Below, one piece after another: positions 26,842-27,016 of a stretch of 27,016 bases of DNA. A program made the translations under genes and the position numbers. The stretch lies in the NCBI GenBank assembly GCA_014729795.1, contig WJJI01000025.1, positions 1 to 27,016 of the forward strand, read 5' to 3'. A model generated the notes under the pieces. That model was not told the origin of the DNA, ran no database searches, and saw only the letters and a program-made list of their open reading frames with translations. The stretch comes from Candidatus Moraniibacteriota bacterium (lineage in GTDB: Bacteria; Patescibacteriota; Minisyncoccia; CAIUEV01; JAHKAQ01). The first letter of the stretch is position 1. Every line of letters begins with the position of its first letter.

Positions 26842-27016
26842 TTAAATTATGGTGGTGCCTCCTGGGGTGTCGCCTCCTCTGTACATTTTATCCACCACGT
26901 ATAACACGAAATAGCCGCCCATGCCTACAATTACTCCAATGATGGAGTAGATCATGCCTCTTTTGGCTGTTTCCATTCGGTCTTCATTACCGGCCGCGGT
27001 TAAATATAAAATTCCG
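26842..27016 (-). CDS. Small two-TM membrane protein paralog (copy 2; N-terminus beyond the window edge)
   Basis: The hand-translated minus strand gives ...GILYLTAAGNEDRMETAKRGMIYSIIGVIVGMGGYFVLYVVDKMYRGGDTPGGTTII*. The core is nearly identical to copy 1, with ~35 nt of identical DNA (ccgcccatgcctacaattactccaatgatggagta), but the C-terminal tail diverges. Coordinates are ±1. Confidence 0.45.
   Translation of the reverse strand, partial: GILYLTAAGNEDRMETAKRGMIYSIIGVIVGMGGYFVLYVVDKMYRGGDTPGGTTII

Noticed and set aside
1-27016. CRISPR arrays, IS elements or integrases, and alternative genetic code
   Set aside because: There are no regularly spaced direct repeats, transposase or integrase motifs, or terminal inverted repeats. 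Genes end with TAA/TAG and use TGG for Trp, and protein alignments hold across long ORFs without in-frame stops. Standard code 11 fits.

Overview
AT-rich window with compact, mostly housekeeping genes: short YidC, weak Shine-Dalgarno signals, and TAA/TAG stops with TGG used for Trp, so no recoding is evident. The gene content looks Patescibacteria/CPR-like, but that is an inference. Recognisable genes are aspS, preceded by what reads as a complete T-box riboswitch leader, a sugar-phosphate nucleotidyltransferase, murJ, two paralogous SPFH/prohibitin-like proteins, dnaB, an exported hypothetical, pcrA/uvrD, a membrane metallophosphoesterase, a Wzx-type flippase, the yidC-rnpA-rpmH cluster (rpmH is below the ORF-track size cutoff and was found by hand), ruvB, and a 1010-aa tandem-fused double PilB/GspE secretion ATPase. 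The accessory-looking parts are two. The 5' end holds a >900-aa protein with pentapeptide repeats, acidic low-complexity tracts and internal tandem repeats. The 3' end holds a TraX-family protein, a large polytopic membrane protein that may be a GT-C/O-oligosaccharyltransferase, and two tandem paralogous small 2-TM proteins (the second truncated by the window edge); I read this as a possible pilin or small-membrane-protein maturation cassette. No CRISPR array, tRNA, rRNA or identifiable IS element was seen. All calls rest on reading motifs in the supplied translations and DNA; no database search was run.
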